From assembly GCF_963921235.1 (NCBI RefSeq), contig NC_086097.1, forward strand, positions 206,834,001-206,898,000: DNA of 64,000 nt, read 5' to 3'. The stretch comes from Mobula hypostoma (lineage: Eukaryota). Positions 62,490 to 64,000 of the stretch are shown piece by piece. The first letter of the stretch is position 1; each line of letters opens with the position of its first letter. The position numbers were made by a program, and so were the translations under genes. The notes below the pieces were generated by a model. It searched no databases. It was not told where the DNA came from and saw nothing but the letters and a program-made list of their open reading frames with translations.

Positions 62490-64000
62490 GGATAATTGTA
62501 TAAGGGCTAAGAGAGTTGTAAAAGAGCGCCTGAAGGATTTGTGTGTCAATGCAAGGAGCATTCGTAATAAGGTGGATGAATTGAAAGTGCAGATTGTTAT
62601 TAATGATTATGATATAGTTGGGATCACAGAGACATGGCTCCAGGGTGACCAGGGATGGGAGCTCAACGTTCAGGGATATTCAATATTCAGGAGGGATAGA
62701 CATGAAGGAAGGGGAGGTGGGGTGGCGTTGCTGGTTAAAGAAGAGATTAACGCAATAGAAAGGAAGGACATAAGCCGGGAAGATGTGAAATCGATATGGG
62801 TAGAGCTGCGTAACACTAAGGGGCAGAAGACACTGGTGGGAGTTGTGTACAGGCCACCTAAAAGTAGTAGTGAGGTCGGAGATGGTATTAAACAGGAAAT
62901 TAGAAATGTGTGCAATAACGGAACAGCAATTATAATGGGTGACTTCAATCTACATGTAGATTGGATGAACCAAATTGGTAAAGGTGCTGAGGAAGAGGAT
63001 TTCTTGGAATGTATGCGGGATGGTTTTTTGAACCAACATGTCGAGGAACCAACTAGAGAGCAGGCTATTCTGGACTGGGTTTTGAGCAATGAGGAAGGGT
63101 TAATTAGCAATCTTGTCGTGAGAGGCCCCTTGGGTAAGAGTGACCATAATATGGTGGAATTCTTCATTAAGATGGAGAGTGACATAGTTAATTCAGAAAC
63201 AAAGGTTCTGAACTTAAAGACGGGTAACTTTGAAGGTATGAGACGTGAATTAGCTAAGATAGACTGGCAAATGACACTTGAAGGATTGACGGTGGATATG
63301 CAATGGCAAGCATTTAAAGGTTGCATGGATGAACTACAACAATTGTTCATCCCAGTTTGGCAAAAGAATAAATCAAGGAAGGTAGTGCACTCGTGGCTGA
63401 CAAGAGAAATTAGGGACAGTATCAATTCCAAAGAAGAAGCATACAAATTAGCCAGAGAAAGTGGCTCACCTGACGACTGGGAGAAATTCAGAGTTCAGCA
63501 GAGGAGGACAAAGGGCTTAATTAGGAAGGGGAAAAAAGATTATGAGAGAAAACTGGCAGGGAACATAAAAACGGACTGTAAAAGCTTTTATAGGTATGTA
63601 AAAAGGAAAAGACTGGTAAAGACAAATGTAGGTCCCCTACAGACAGAAACAGGTGAATTGATTATGGGGAGCAAGGACATGGCAGACCAATTGAATAATT
63701 ACTTTGGTTCTGTCTTCACTAAGGAGGACATAAATAATCTTCCAGAAATAGTAGGGGACAGAGGGTCCAGTGAGATGGAGGAACTGAGCGAAATACTTGT
63801 TAGTAGGGAAGTGGTGTTAGGTAAATTGAAGGGATTGAAGGCAGATAAATCCCTAGGGCCAGATGGTCTGCATCCTAGAGTGCTTAAGGAAGTAGCCCAA
63901 GAAATAGTGGATGCATTAGTGATAATTTTTCAAAACTCGTTAGATTCTGGACTAGTTCCTGAGGATTGGAGGGTGGCTAATGTAACCGCACTTTTTAAAA
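62490..64000 (+). mobile_element. Young CR1 ORF2, open for about 500 codons to the window edge (absent from the ORF track)
   Basis: Manual translation shows no stop: LCVNARSIRNKVDEL, ITETW, YRPP, GDFN, SDHN, GPDGLHPRVLKE, DWRVANVTALFK. No ORF1 upstream. Confidence 0.9.

Larger units (their letters stand above)
55093..62490 (+). mobile_element. Old CR1 EN fragment in two pieces (55093-55381 and 62372-62490)
   Basis: Rejoins as ..ggatcttgtagaa|tgcctgcaagatgg.. (DLVECLQDGF) around TSD tagaa. Confidence 0.75.

Noticed and set aside
62670..63446. 258-aa minus-strand ORF
   Set aside because: Antisense shadow of CR1 ORF2. The same applies to 8246-8809 and 18510-19058.

Overview
This is eukaryotic DNA, most likely from a cartilaginous fish (shark or ray). 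That assignment is inferred from repeats resembling the HE1/V-SINE and HER1/CR1 families; no search was run. Most of the 64 kb is nested retroelement debris: many CR1 LINEs, Rex1/Babar LINEs, two L1 elements (one full length with target-site duplications, TSDs), an RTE LINE, a HERO (restriction-like endonuclease) LINE fragment, Penelope-like elements whose termini carry hammerhead-ribozyme motifs, a solo LTR, a class III (ERV-L-like) gag-pro-pol remnant and a small class I-like ERV pol scrap. Nearly all ORFs in the supplied track are TE fragments, antisense shadows or chimeras across insertion junctions. The few unique stretches hold short + strand segments with splice signals whose phases chain into one reading frame, so the window may lie inside an unidentified multi-exon gene. 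I see no prokaryotic system, CRISPR array, rRNA or tRNA, and nothing I can call a new biological system. The best leads are the candidate exon chain, the Penelope hammerhead motifs, the class III ERV and a five-level TE nesting. TE boundaries without a stated TSD are approximate (about +/-20 nt).
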